64,000 bases of DNA from Gnetum montanum (GCA_015680685.1 MNCI01001451.1:1199843-1263842), one strand, 5' to 3'; shown: positions 38,940-52,495, counted from the first letter of the stretch. The notes: generated from the sequence alone by a model not told the origin. Numbers and translations: made by a program.

Positions 38940-40177
38940 TGTTGATGACCGTTTGGGACGCGACCGCCAACGAGTGTCCTCGAACAGGATTTAGGTGCCT
39001 GCTAGTCTCTGGCAACATCAAGGCCCAGATACCTCCAAATAAACTCAGTAGTTAATGTGAGTATGTGTGTGTGCTGTTGCGGCGTGCGGTTGTGAGAAAT
39101 GTAACNNNNNNNNNNNNNNNNNNNNNNNNNNNNNNNNNNNNNNNNNNNNNNNNNNNNNNNNNNNNNNNNNNNNNNNNNNNNNNNNNNNNNNNNNNNNNNN
39201 NNNNNNNNNNNNNNNNNNNNNNNNNNNNNNNNNNNNNNNNNNNNNNNNNNNNNNNNNNNNNNNNNNNNNNNNNNNNNNNNNNNNNNNNNNNNNNNNNNNN
39301 NNNNNNNNNNNNNNNNNNNNNNNNNNNNNNNNNNNNNNNNNNNNNNNNNNNNNNNNNNNNNNNNNNNNNNNNNNNNNNNNNNNNNNNNNNNNNNNNNNNN
39401 NNNNNNNNNNNNNNNNNNNNNNNNNNNNNNNNNNNNNNNNNNNNNNNNNNNNNNNNNNNNNNNNNNNNNNNNNNNNNNNNNNNNNNNNNNNNNNNNNNNN
39501 NNNNNNNNNNNNNNNNNNNNNNNNNNNNNNNNNAAGGCTTTTAAACACAAGCGCTTCTATGGCAAAATTTTAATAGAAATTTCTATCGGGCAACAAGAAC
39601 AATAAGAGCAATCTAAAAATCCCAAAATTACTTGCCAAGGATGATACTATCTAAACCACTAGCTAAACAATTTAAACAAAACAAAAAATGAAATACATAA
39701 CTCACAAGACCATGACAAAGAGGCTGAAATCTTTATTCTAGCAAGCCATCTTTCAAACAATCTTCTTTACAAATCTTCCAAGATCACAAGTGTGATGTGT
39801 GAGATCCCTTGTTATGATTCTTCCTCCTTGATCTCTGAAGCCTTTTTATAGGGTTTAAAGGTAGGTAGGGAAGTTACAAAATATCTTGGGTGGTTTAACC
39901 ACCATAGAGATAAACAAGCTACAATGGAAAAGTGTCCTATTCAATTGCCAAGTGTCTTCACTTAGTTGCCAAGTGTCTTCACTCAGTCGCCAAGTGTCTT
40001 TATCCAATTGCCAAGTGGTCATCATGGAGACAAACAAGTTGTAGGTGACAAGTGTCCCATGCAAGTGACAAGTGGCCATTGTGGAGATAAAGAGGTTGTA
40101 GTTGACAAGTGGCCTTGGTGGTGGTTATAACCACCATTTCAATTGACAAGTGTTCAATTTACATAGGACTTTGAACA
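38940..40177 (-). repeat. Putative younger LTR spanning the assembly gap
   Basis: Starts TGTTG with retained CpGs. CCTATAAAAAGG on the minus strand at ~39841-39852. 21-bp TGCCAAGTGTC repeats at 39946-40020. Right boundary and TSD not established. Confidence 0.4.
39106..39534. other. Assembly gap (N run); a second gap lies at 17627-17677
   Basis: Runs of n in the sequence. Confidence 1.
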
Positions 40178-40369
40178 ATTGTTGCACAAATTCCATTTTT
40201 AAATCAATATTATATTTTATTGTTATTTATATCATAGTAGTAGAAATAATAACCATGGATTTTATGCATGGGTTGATATATAAATATATGTATGCGTATA
40301 CAACCGAATGCATAAGTGGAGTTGTACTCTCACATTTTAATTTGTGGCACCCGAATGTAATCCCACTTT

Positions 40370-40560
40370 TATATCAGGGCTGATTCCATCTTCATCTTCT
40401 CTGCACTTTATGGAATGCCTACAATGCAGATTCAAGATCTTGGAAACTTGCATACATAGATATGAACAAACTGGAAATGAAAGTATGGCTTTGAAATCCA
40501 TGTTTCCACACATGGAAATGGATGCGTTTTCCCAGTTCCAGGGAGGAAACCTTTGAGACC
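40370..40560 (-). pseudogene. Fragment of a PLS-class pentatricopeptide repeat gene
   Basis: LELGKRIHFHVWKHGFQSHTFISSLFISMYASFQDLESAL matches the PLS L-to-S motif pattern (L..GK.IH..V.K.GF.S..F..S.LI.MY). Followed by a stop and a frameshifted GISPD. Confidence 0.75.
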
Positions 40561-40886
40561 ATCTTTCTCCCAAGTAGCAAGAATACCAACATCAACATTA
40601 TCAAAAATTCCTACCTACAGTCTCTGCTTCAAAACTTCACAAGGAATCCTCATGGCCATCCTAAGGATAGTGCCAACAAAGGACGAAATAGATTCTACCT
40701 AAATGTTAGAAAAATCTGTGGATGTATTTTCTAATAGCTTCTTTATAGCTTTAGAAAAGCTAGTTCGTAATCCATGGCTTGAAAATTGTCCTAAAATTGC
40801 TAGGATTGAACCTCTGTATAAGCCTGCAACCCCAATTTCAAGTATTTTTGAAACAACCACAGGGAAATAAAGTGTCGATGCCTGTA

Positions 40887-41322
40887 CCCATTTTCATGAT
40901 AAACATCCCAGTCAACTATAAGGATTTTCTGCACACCCAACTCTGGTCGGTCACACAGCATGTGCTTTGCCGCAATAGCTGGACAACAGAGCCAGTAGAA
41001 AGGAGGGCGGTGAGGGAGGATTCATGGCTGAAGTAGATAGAATTGAAGGACAAGGCCAGACGCTGCCGCCGCATGGCCGAAAATTTAGGGGATGATAAGT
41101 CCCATATGAGCTGAACATGGGAAGGAGTATGGACGTGCAGCAACTGCTCATGGTGAGCCTCCATAGCCTGAACCTCCACGTAGCGTCTGAGAATGCCGTT
41201 GTCTCGCAAGTGACTGTAAACAGCCCGAATGCGCTCCGGCTACTCCAGATGATCATCCTCGGCCTCGTAAGTCATAGAATTTCTCTGAAACACCACAGAT
41301 GTTCTGTGCACCCGAGCAAATC
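40887..41322 (-). pseudogene. Class II (HDA5-like) histone deacetylase fragment
   Basis: DHLE*PERIRAVYSHL...LLHVHTPSHVQLI...RRQRLALSFNSIYFSHESSLTALLSTGSVVQ, then after a frameshift IAAKHMLCDRPELGVQKILIVDWDVYHENG. Matches the recalled HDA5 pattern HPECPDRI...VHT..HV.L...NSIY...GSVV...PDLGVKKILIVDWDVHHGNG. TAG at 41242-41240; RPPGHHA segment absent. Confidence 0.88.
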
Positions 41323-41357
41323 CTGATTGCGTGAATGATGCCCAACATTTTTCTTAC

Positions 41358-41794
41358 CGCTTGTTAATGTCTTTCAATAAATATATGTCATCCTAGTAGC
41401 CGAAAAAGTAGCATCTGTGAAGATAGCCATTAGCTTCCACGCTTGTGTTTTCTCTAGAGCTATTCTTTTTAATTTTGAGTTGGGAACAGAATTCCAAAAT
41501 CATGCTCAAGCAGAGTTCCAACTGTGATTTTTCTTTGTTCCTGGCTGTTGTCCCGTTTCCATTACCATACTCATTAAGGTGCAATATTTTACCATCACTA
41601 CTATCAGAAAGCTCCTTAAAGAAAAACTGCAAAGACAATTCGTTACATGTTTTTTCGGCAGATTTGACATCTGGTACGCTTTTGACTTGGTGGAAAGATT
41701 TCTTATCAAAGCACCTTCTCACGTCCTTGAAATGTCCAAGAATTAACTGCAGGAGGTTCCCTAGACCTCCTAGAAGCAGCGTCTGATTCAACAC
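41358..41794 (-). pseudogene. Unidentified exon-like fragment
   Basis: 133-codon ORF with non-TE composition, continuing past one TAG (DDIYLLKDINKR) to a donor CG|GTAAGA. Family not recognised. Confidence 0.4.
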
Positions 41795-43689
41795 CGTCTT
41801 CTATGATAATTGTTCCATTTGCAAAATTTTCATTTTCTATACTCAATTTTAAATTAACAATATATTCTCCATCATTTTGCAAACATCCACTGATAATTTC
41901 TCCATTTTGTTATTCATACAATCTATTGATTTTAATTTTTGAATTTGGAACTTAGAATCATTGATAAATGCCTTAGCTTAGCAGCTGACAACATTTGCAA
42001 ACACAGATGCCAATAACCCTCATACCAAAAATCATCTTTTTCATCCTGTATCCCGGGTACTGAGCATCATGGATTTTACTTCACCTCGTGGCATCCTCAC
42101 ACAACTTTGGATGCACTGATTATAAAATAAATAAAACTGCTTCATTTCAATGTCTCAAAAAAATCTTGATTTCTTATTAGCATCTACCAAATACAGCCCT
42201 TGTTTCTAGAAAATCATATCTTAAAACACCAGACTTAAGTCTCCATCCTCCAAATTCTTCATGCATGGCAGGAAGCTTTGGACTATCTCTAATCTTAGAG
42301 CCATACTGTTCCATGAAATGGCCAAAATGTGCCAACAGAAAGCATGGTTTTTTCATAGCATAGAAGGAAAAGGTTGGCATACTTAAGGCTATCAAATATT
42401 TTTTATTTGACTACATGTAACACCACATGTTCCTAACCCCTAGTTTATGCTTAATTATTCTTTCATTAACCTACGACTGAACCTATGTATTTTGTTTATT
42501 TGTTGATGCTTCTTGAAGATTTGATCTCATGACCTTCCAAGTATTTTATTTATGCATTGCAATTGGAATTTTTAATATATTTTTATTAAAGATTACTTTT
42601 TACAAATTGTGAAAGTTTTTATAAATATTCTTGTTTTAAGTTATTTTATGGAAACATTTAGTATTTTTTATAAAATATGATTTTTATTTATCTTTTTCAA
42701 TTTATATTTGAAAATCATGAATTTTTTAATGTTTTCTTACTAAGTATAGGTTGTTAGGATGGTGGTAAATGTTGTGAAGTAGTAACCAGATATTTTTAAA
42801 AAATATTATTCATTTATAAAAATTCTCAAGATTTATTCTCTTTCTTGCTCAAGTGGACTAGTCATTCCTATTATATACTGGACTCTTAAAGAACTTTTCT
42901 AATTATTGTGGAATTGATTAATTAGATAGTCTATTATGAACTAACATTTTTATATTAGCATTAAAACCTAGGGATTGTCTATTGAATTAGGGTTTGTATT
43001 TCAAATGCATTCTTTATTCATAATTTCTAATCAATCTCTTTCATTTATGATCTTAACATTGGATTAGTGTTTTAATGGATCTAACCTCATGTGTTGCAGT
43101 CTCTTAAATTTGTAAATGTAGAACAACAAGTTTCAAGCTTTGTCATCTTGTTATGATCTCAATGTATAGTTTTTAACCCTTGTAATATAATATTTACGTT
43201 AAATTCTAGTTTTATTTTTCATGAATTTCTAGTCTTTCCTTGTGTTATATGATGCATCTTCAGTGGTATATCTTGCCATCATGACTTGTGGTAAAGTTGT
43301 CGATTGAGACCCTAGGTCTTGATTTTATAGGTGTCTTAAACCTAAGTTGGAGGTGTCCATTTCTTAGTTGTGGAATCCACAATGACTCATGATGATGTCA
43401 TGGTTTAGCACACAACCTAATCATGGGTTTTGATTAGGAAGAAATGAACAATGATGAGTTTCCTGAGTTGTGGTAGCATTGTGGTCTCCATCATGACTTG
43501 AATACAAGTTATGGACAATATTTTTCTTTGTACCATGGATCATGGTCAAGTTATGATTAGTTGATTCTTACCATTCTATGTGATTCTTGCATCCTTTGAA
43601 TTGTTCTTGACCTCAAGTGCTTAAACACATACTTTATTAGACTTTTTGTCCTTTTGATTATTCATTTGATGAGATCAAATGGTAGGCAT

Positions 43690-44688
43690 TGTGACATGTC
43701 TAGATTAGCCTCTAGTACTTATTCCATATTACATATAACTATACACCATGTAGCTTAGTTTTTGTGTTAATGGATAGGCATTATGGAGGGCCAGGTTGGC
43801 TAGCCTTCTTAATCCATTTTACCTATGATTTAGATCAAGCTATGCAAATGGGAAATCATTATGAGGGGACTGTTAGCCACTGAGTGCCTACTTATGTTGC
43901 TTATGTTTGTTTACATGGTTGATTTTATGATTAATAATAATAGAGGTAGATGAACCACATGGGTTTATTTCTAGATTTAATTCATTAAAGATCATGTATG
44001 GCTTGGTCAACTAGTTCTTAAGAAGGATTTTTGATAACATCTACGATAGTTGAAAATTTTTAGGATCAACTACTTCTTGTAGGTGGTTGATTCTAGGGAA
44101 TTATTGGTTAAGCTATTTCTTAACATTTTATAAATATGATGGTTTCTTAGTATTGGTTATTGATTCTAATATCATGGATCTTGAGATGGCTTCTTGTGGA
44201 GCATGTCGCTACATCCTACAGCTTCTTGCAGATGCACCAAGGTTGTTGGCTTTACTAGAAGGTTTATGATCCTTTTATGCATGTTTGTATCTAGATTCAA
44301 GTGGGAAGATCTAAGAGCTTGATGGTAAGGGAGCATGTTCAATGGAGTTATCTTCTTACTTTTAGATTTACTTTTCTTTATAGATTATGTTATTTTGAAC
44401 ATGATATACTTAAATTTATATATTGATGAATATTATAAGCTCTTCTTGAGATTATGGTTTTGTCATGATTATGAGAATTAATTAGCTTTAGTGTATGGTT
44501 ATGGAAATTGTAGTTTAAGCACTTCAATATAAATTTCTAATTTTATCATGCACTTTGTTTTAAGTTTTATAGTGATTATGTGGATTTCTTTTCTTAAGTT
44601 ACAAGAATTATGAAATAACATACCCAACTAGATTAATTATGTGCAATTTAATTATAGATTATCTTAAGTACAATTTTGGGTCATGACG
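43690..44688 (+). repeat. Possible chromovirus-type solo LTR remnant
   Basis: TGTGACA start and GGGTCATGAC(G) end resemble Tekay-type termini. No matching TSD. Confidence 0.3.
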
Positions 44689-45199
44689 ATATAGCTACCT
44701 AGCCTACTAGTGAAGTTGATCTCCATTAATGATTATATCCTAAATGCTTTTGATGTATTGTAGTTTATAATTTTTTCTAGATGTAGGAGGATATGGAATT
44801 TATTCATTAAGTAGAACTTGAAGACATACATGATATGTTCTTATAGTATGGTATGTTCAAAAAGTTTCTAAACACTTACATAATTTGCATAAAAAGAGGC
44901 CACATCTTGGTCTCTTATCTAGCTAAATCCTTGGTTGAGTGTCATTATTAGGACAATCTGAATGGAAATGGTGGAAGAAACCATAGGCTTGTTACAAAAA
45001 TCCCTTAGTTGATAAGCCTTTGCCTCCAAAAAAATTACTACTAATTAAGGGCCAAGAGATGTGTGACATGCTCAAGTCAAACCTATAGTTGAGAAAATTC
45101 TAGGGATCAACAGTTTCTTTATATGCATTAGAAAACAAGGTGATAGTTGAATATTAGCCTAAAGAAATAATGTTTGACAATTTGAACTAACTTGGCCAT

Positions 45200-47600
45200 G
45201 AAGCAGTTCACCAAGGATGAAATAGAGAAACTCCTTGATGCTGGGTTCATCTATCCCACCATGGATAGTGAGTGGGTCAGGCCACTCGTAATTCTGGCAA
45301 AGATGGTAAATGGTAGGTCTACATTGACTTCAAGCTATTGAATATGGTAACATTTAAAGATCATTTTCCATTACCATTTTTGAACCAAGTGTTATATACT
45401 ATCTTTAGGCATTGCCGTTATAGCTTCTTGGATGGTTATAGTGGCTATAACCAAATCCAAATTACACTAGAAAATTAGGCCAAGACAACATTCATGAGTC
45501 CTTGTGAGAATTTTGCATATTTTAAGATGCCATTTGATTTTTGCAATGCCCCTACAACATTTCAATGCATAGTCCTTAGCATCTTCCAGCAATAAAGCGG
45601 TAGTGATGTGAAAGTATTCATGGATGACTTTTTCACCTATGGAGCTATGCTTGAGCAAGCCTTGGACCACCTTGAGCAAGTACTAAAAATATGTGTGGAA
45701 ATAAAGTTTCAGCTCAATTGGAAAAAGAGTCATCTCATGATCCAAGAAGGCATTGTGTTGGGACACCAAATTTCACAAAAAGGGATTGAGGTAGACCCAA
45801 GGAAAATTAGGGTCATCCAAGGAATAACACACTAACTAGAGGTAGTTAATGACATCTAATCATTCCTTGGACATAATGGTTACTACCGGTAATTCATAGA
45901 TAATTTTTCTAAGATCACAAAGTTGTTGGTCGAGTTGATGAAGAAAGATGTTTCATTCATTTGGACCAAGGCATGAAAACATGCATTCTAATAGTTGAAT
46001 GAAAAAATCATAGAAACTCAAATCCTATGGGCACCAAACTAGTCTAGACTATTTCACATAATGATGTATGCATTTAATTATGCTTTGGGAGTAGTGCTTA
46101 CAGACCATAGTGTCATCCGCTTCCTGACGAACAAGCCAATGGTGAGCCCCTATATCATACAATGGCTTGTAATCTTGTAGGAATTCAATCTTACAATGGT
46201 AGATCAAAAAGGGACCAAGAATGTGGTCACTGACCACCTCTCTCAATTAATATGGGATAATAAATAGGAGGAGAGCCTACTCTCTAATTAGTTTTTAGAC
46301 AAACTTCTCTTTATAGGAGTAATAAATGACCAAGTGTCTAGAAAAACAACATGGTACAATGGCATCCTCACCTATATTCCTACTTAGGAGATGCCACAAG
46401 ATCTAAACTTTAAAAATAAGTAATAGTTTCTTTATCAAGCTAAATACTTTATAGAAATTAATGGACACCTATACAAGGTGTGCATTGATGGCCTAATTTA
46501 TTGTTATGTCCTTGATGAAGATTAACTACATGTTCTCTAGGATGCTCACGAAGGGCCTTGCAGAGGCCACTATGTAGGGAGATGCATGGTCATAAAAATC
46601 TTGATGGTAGGATACCATTAGCCTATAATCTTTAGGGATTCCCACCAATTTTTTGGATCTTGTAAATGCTGTCAAAGAGATGGTGGGATGGTTTCTTGCA
46701 TGGAAGGTCCTTAACAATGGATTCAACCATTGGAGCCTCTTTGACATACAGGACATTGACTTCAAGGATCCCATCACACCCATGCCTAATGGAAAGATGT
46801 ATATCATCATAGTATTCAAATTTTGCACAAAATGGGCAAAAGCAGTAGTCATTACTGACTATACATCATCCATTACTACTAGATTTTTACAACAAAATGT
46901 TGTAAATAGATTTGGAGTGCCATGTACACTAATCTCTAACAATGAAAATCATTTCATAGGTGCCACTTTTAGAAAGTTGATGCAATGCTTGAGGGTTGAA
47001 CATAAATTAACAACATCCTATCACCCTCAAGAAAATGGTCAAGTAGAGTTAACCAATAGGGAGATTACAAGGATCTTAATAAAGACCATTAGCAAATATA
47101 GGAAATATTAGAGCAAAAAACTCAATGATGCCCTATGGGCCTATTACTTAATATGGAAACTTCCTATTGGCTACTCTATCTATGAGCTAGTGTACAGAAA
47201 ACTTCCAATGCTCTCAATCCAATCTGAGCTTTGTACATTCTCATGGCTTGTGACTTAAATCTTGATCTAAGTCTAGCATAAATATATAGACTGATTAACC
47301 TCAATGTGCTAGATGAAAACTAATTGGTGGTCCTATCTTCAAATGAGATGCACAAGGCATTCAATAAGTAATGTCATGATGTCAAAATATAGAAAGTGAA
47401 ATTTCAAATAGAAGCTAAGGTTCTCTATTAGAACCCCACAAATGTACCCTAGAAGTCAAAGTTTCAAATGTTATGGAATGGACCTTATATAATTAATCAA
47501 ACCTTTTTCTCTAGGGCCATGTTAATCTACAAGCTTGAAAGCCTAAATAAAAAGTAGTTGGTCAACATCCAACAAGTGAAACCTTTTCTCGAACTAAGAT
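45200..47600 (+). pseudogene. pol: pol remnant of Ath-2 (RT, partial RNase H, integrase)
   Basis: KDHFPLPF, SFLDGYSGYNQI, MKVFMDDF, LNWKKSHLMIQEGIVLGHQISQKGIEVD, HEGPCRGH, TSYHPQENGQVELTNRE. Confidence 0.92.
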
Positions 47601-49653
47601 AAGCTAGTATAACTACCACCTTCATGGATGGACAACCACACTCTATTTTTTGGATCTCCTCCTTTTTACATAGTTGTGGAGTAGATGGCCATCCATGTTA
47701 ATAATCCACATGGCTCTTCAGTCTTTTTCTTTTTGTTTTACACTTTGTTGATTTTTACCTTTTTCTTTGGTTTTTTGTTCTATTAATTTTCTCAAATTTG
47801 GTTTTAAAACATTGTTATTATGTTTTATCTTTCTTAGTTTAGTTTATAATTTCTTATATTTGACTTTGTTTTATTTCTTTAAAGTGTGACTTTTCATTAT
47901 TTTTGCTAATAAAAATGCTTTATTACCACAGGACACAGTGCCAGTGTTGCTATTTACTAATGATGGTTTGTGCTTAATGTTGTGATTGTCAATGTTTGGT
48001 TTCTATCTTTGAATTCTGATGTTTGATGACTATGACATGGTTTATTTTTCATAGAATAGGTAGTGAGCCCACATCATCCATCTATCCAACAAACTCTATG
48101 GTGTTCCTTGTTTTGGGAGTTTAAGGTCCCTTCCACTAAAAAAAAACCTTTGATTAATTAGTGACCTTAGTAGTTCTAGAATTGGGAAGGATCCAAAGGT
48201 TTATAGAGGGTGTGACTTCAAGGGGACTCATTACTCTTTGTACTCTTCTACTTACTTGAGTGCTTGGGTGTTTTTCATGAACTCCTTACTATTCCATTCC
48301 AACCACTAATAAGAAGTCAAATAAAGTCTTTGCATGGTGTGGTTCCCATCCAAAAAATATAAAGAAAAATAAAAATAAAAATAAAACAATGATGAAAATT
48401 CAAAGCACATCCCTTAGATAAATAAATAGGTTACAAGCACTAGTTATGGGACTAGAAAGACATGTTATCCATGCTTGAAGGTCCCCTCTAACTAAGGCCC
48501 TCTCTCTCACACACATCCTACTTCTCTCTTTTTCTCTTTATGGAATGGTGATTATTTTTTGGGAGCACTCATATGTCTTGAGTGGGTTGATCGATCTTGG
48601 AGTGATGATGCGAAGTCACTAAAAGTGAATGGTTTTGGTCTATACTAAGGATGGAACTTCTCAAGTCATTTTTAACATATCTTCCACAAGGGACATTTTA
48701 TGATCTCAATTTAGAATTTCTATGTTATGTTTGATGTCTTAGTCTAATGTGTTGGCATTCTTGGATTGATTCATTTTTGTTGGTACTTAACTTTTCATGA
48801 TCATTAATCAACTGTGGGGCTCATGGACTCCATATTTGAGGTCATGCAAGGGCAACAAAGGCATGTTCTTGCTATGAGGAGGACTCACTTGCATATATCT
48901 TAGTTTGGTTAGTTAATTCCCTTACCTTAGACATTACTGTAGTCCTATTTTTTGCATATTCCATTATGTAAACCACTCTATGCTCCTTGAATCCTCTTTC
49001 TTTATTTTTTTAATTTTCTCAATTTTTGGGGACTTCAACATCCTCTTCTCATATTTTCATCATGTTCGTGGCTATTTGAGCTTCCATTTGATCCTAATTT
49101 TGTTTCAAATATCCTTGTAATTTTCAAGTTTTGACTTGGTCAACGGTGGTCAATAGATACATCAACAAAGGCCCCGTCGACACAATAGACCACATCAACA
49201 AGGCCTCGTCGATGAGGCCCCATCAATGTAATGAAAAAATAGTATCAAAAAATTTGGATTTGTCACATTTGGTCCATAATGCCCAAGGATTTTTTGCAAT
49301 TTTCAAAGCCTAAAACCTTCTTGAGCCTATAATTCTTGCACCATTAATTTGAATCATCTCATTCTTTAATCCTACAGTTATACGAGGTAAGCTCTTAGTC
49401 ATGGGGGTAGCAAACCTCAAGGTTTTGATGATAATTTTTCAAAACTTTTCCTAACTCCACCAAATGGTTAAGATATAATATGCTATTAAATCATTATTTT
49501 TTGAGAATTTAACCCTTGCAACAACTTTGGTAAAACTTAATTTATCTAGCCATAATCACACCTTAGCCATGGGTAACCTTCCTATGAGACAAGGTGTTTC
49601 AATAATTATAAGTTACATAATATTTACTAATTTGTTGTTATGTGTGATTATAG

Positions 49654-52495
49654 ATGGCACCTAGACCAAAGAAACCACAAGAGAAAGGACCATTGCAAAT
49701 GTAGGAGAAAAAACTTAGAGGAGGAAGAGACCAACAAGAACATGGCCAAGAATAGGCTGAGGCAACATAGGCAACAAGACCTCTTAGATATGAGGTTGAG
49801 GTGGAATTTGTCCAATAGATACCCAAGGAAGAAGTTACATCTAAACACTCACAGCGAGGCAAAGCACCAAGCCTTATACCTATATTGGAAGTCACACTCA
49901 CATAGGCCTACCTCAACATAATCAAGAACCATGAAATTCAACACTTAGTTCTTCAAGAACTAAACTTTGGATTGTTCCTTGAAAGGGCTTTAGAAGATAT
50001 CAAAACTCAATTGCATGACTCTTCCATGTGGCCAATCATTACTTCCAGTGGGAAGTGGTACATGGGAAAAACATATGTCTTCTAGAAGATATGAGAGTAG
50101 GAGCTACTATTAAAATTAAGGACATCCAAGTGTCTTACTTAGTAGAAGCTATTGTGTAGGCCCTTGGGTTGTCGAACATTGGGACACAACTGGAAAATTT
50201 GTCCATGCAAGATTATCCTAGAGCACAAAAGGAATGGACTTAGTGGTGTTATGGGGTTGATCACAAGGACTTTGGCATACTCACATTGGTGGAGTCAGTC
50301 TATTTTAAGATAGTAGCCTACCACCTTAATCCAAAGGTAAGGTCCAACAAGGTGACAACCTTATTTACCCCTGCATGTGCTACTCTAAGTGGAGAATTTC
50401 TAGCAAACCTTCCACAGCTAATCTATCTAGAGATGAAAAAGCACTTCAAATAGAATGAACATGAAAGAAAAACCCTATCATCCCCTACTTGAACAAAAAA
50501 TTATGCAAAAAGGCAAGGATAGGCTACTACATGAATGATACACTCAAGCATGCTCCTAATGCTTCATGGGCTAGGATGATAAAAGATAAGATTCCTACCA
50601 CATCCATAGAAGAGATGTAGCAATGGCCACCTTCACCACCTACTCATGAATAACTAGTGGAGGCCTGCACTATGGTTGAGTGCATGTGAAAAATCTAAGA
50701 GCAGCTCTTGCAATAGTAGGAGTAGTAGGCAAGAACTAGTGGTAGAGATCCTTCTATGTATAGATTAGCCATGAGTCACCTCAGAGAAGTGGATCATACA
50801 ATCAACCAAATGAAGGAAGGTGGATGAATGTTTTATACCCAATGAATGTAGTTGCTTATGAGGTCAAATCCAAGTACATGAGAGGTGATAGTGTCTATCT
50901 TAGCATCATCTATTCCCATAAATATTTGGAAATGCTAGTTCGTTTTCTATGTACCTATAGGCGAGTGAAGAGGAAACTATATTAGTGATGTAGCACTAGG
51001 GACAAGAGATAGCTATGAAAATTATTGCTGATTAAGTCACTAAGGCATTAAATGCACCTATAGTGTCTGTACCAAATGTTTCTACACTTAGTTATGTGTA
51101 GACATCTACAGGGACAATCAGTGAAAAATTGAATATAGCCTAGCATGAAGAACTATTGGACCAACTAATGGGAACCGAACAATCAATCTCGGATATCCTT
51201 GATTTTTCAAATACCATCATTGTAACCTAGTCAAAGCTACTAGAGGCAAAGGGCAAGTGTCTCATCTTACAAGGAAAACTTAAAACATCTTAAGCACATA
51301 ATCAATGCTTGGCCATTGAAGTTTCCAGATTATGTGCCAAAAATGTTGATCCTACTCTTATCAACCCTACATTGATAGGAGAAGAATCTTTTTAGTAGGT
51401 TTAAGAATAGCTAAATTTGGTTAACAGAGAAATGGTAATGGTGGTCTTCAATTAGTTTGTAGCAGAAGCTGCAACTCATTCAATACAAAACAAGTTGATG
51501 CAGATGTGCTAGGAGAATGAAATTTTGACCACAAAAAATCATTGCCTATGGAATGTTGATGCTTGAAAATAATAGCTAGAAGAATTCATCCATCAACAAC
51601 AAGAATAGCTTACTAGAGCAAATGCCAAATTGAGAAGATTAGTATTGGATAATCATAATCTCTCCATGGAGGAGGTCTACACCTTATGCTATAAGTTAGC
51701 CATTGAGATTACCACTTGGAAAAATAAGGCTTTGAAATTTGAAAAATTTAAAAATCATCATAGAGACCAAGTTGGCCTATAGAAGGAGGTAAATGAAAAA
51801 CATATCCAACTAGTGAAGGCAAAGGTTAATGAGGCCCTCCAACAACTTCATCAAGGTAGAGAAATATGGCAACCCATCATCAATGGGATTAATGCCTACA
51901 ATAAAGTGAAAATCCACATGAAGGAGTTGCAAATTGAAGAGATGACAGAGTACATGGAGCTATCCAGTCTTCACTATGAGAACCTAGAAATGTTGACTAA
52001 TAGATAGCCATCATCTAAGCTTGAAAAGCAAGTGGCTAGCTTGTACTTATTGTACAAGGCCAAGTTCAATAATCATAAAGACACCAAGAAAACATTGGTG
52101 ATGGCAAATGCTAAACTTGAGGTTCTCAAGGCAAAATTCACTGATAAAAGATCAGTCGTCAAAAATTTGGCCAAAAGAATGAGTGACTACTAGGCATTGC
52201 AAGACATAGTTTGAGCATTTGACATCAGGTGCAAATAATTTGTGGCTTATTTTATCAATATTAAAGAGATGCATCTAGTTTTTCCTTATCCTTGGGATAT
52301 TCCAATTCTAGCCCATAACAATGAAGCTGCGTGGACCATGAATGATCCTAAGAGTAAAGAACAGAAAATGAAAGCATTTTTTGATGCCTTCAACCTTTCA
52401 CCAGAAGTTGTTGTAGTAGTAGACCAACCATAACCACCTCAGCCATCGACCATGCTTGGAGCTGGAGAAGGTCCATTGAAGCCTCAAGAGCCTTA
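49654..52495 (+). pseudogene. Decayed 3' accessory (env-position) ORF of Ath-2
   Basis: AG|ATG GCA CCT start after a branch-point-like CTAAT. ~2.8 kb of stop-riddled coding-like sequence homologous to Ath-1 13808-14193 plus 32908-35270. Confidence 0.7.

Noticed and set aside
39002-39573. Long ORFs across the N run
   Set aside because: Artefacts of translating an assembly gap.
40887-41322. Functional histone deacetylase gene linked to the retrotransposon system
   Set aside because: It has a premature stop, a frameshift and a missing catalytic segment, and it lies outside all delimited elements.
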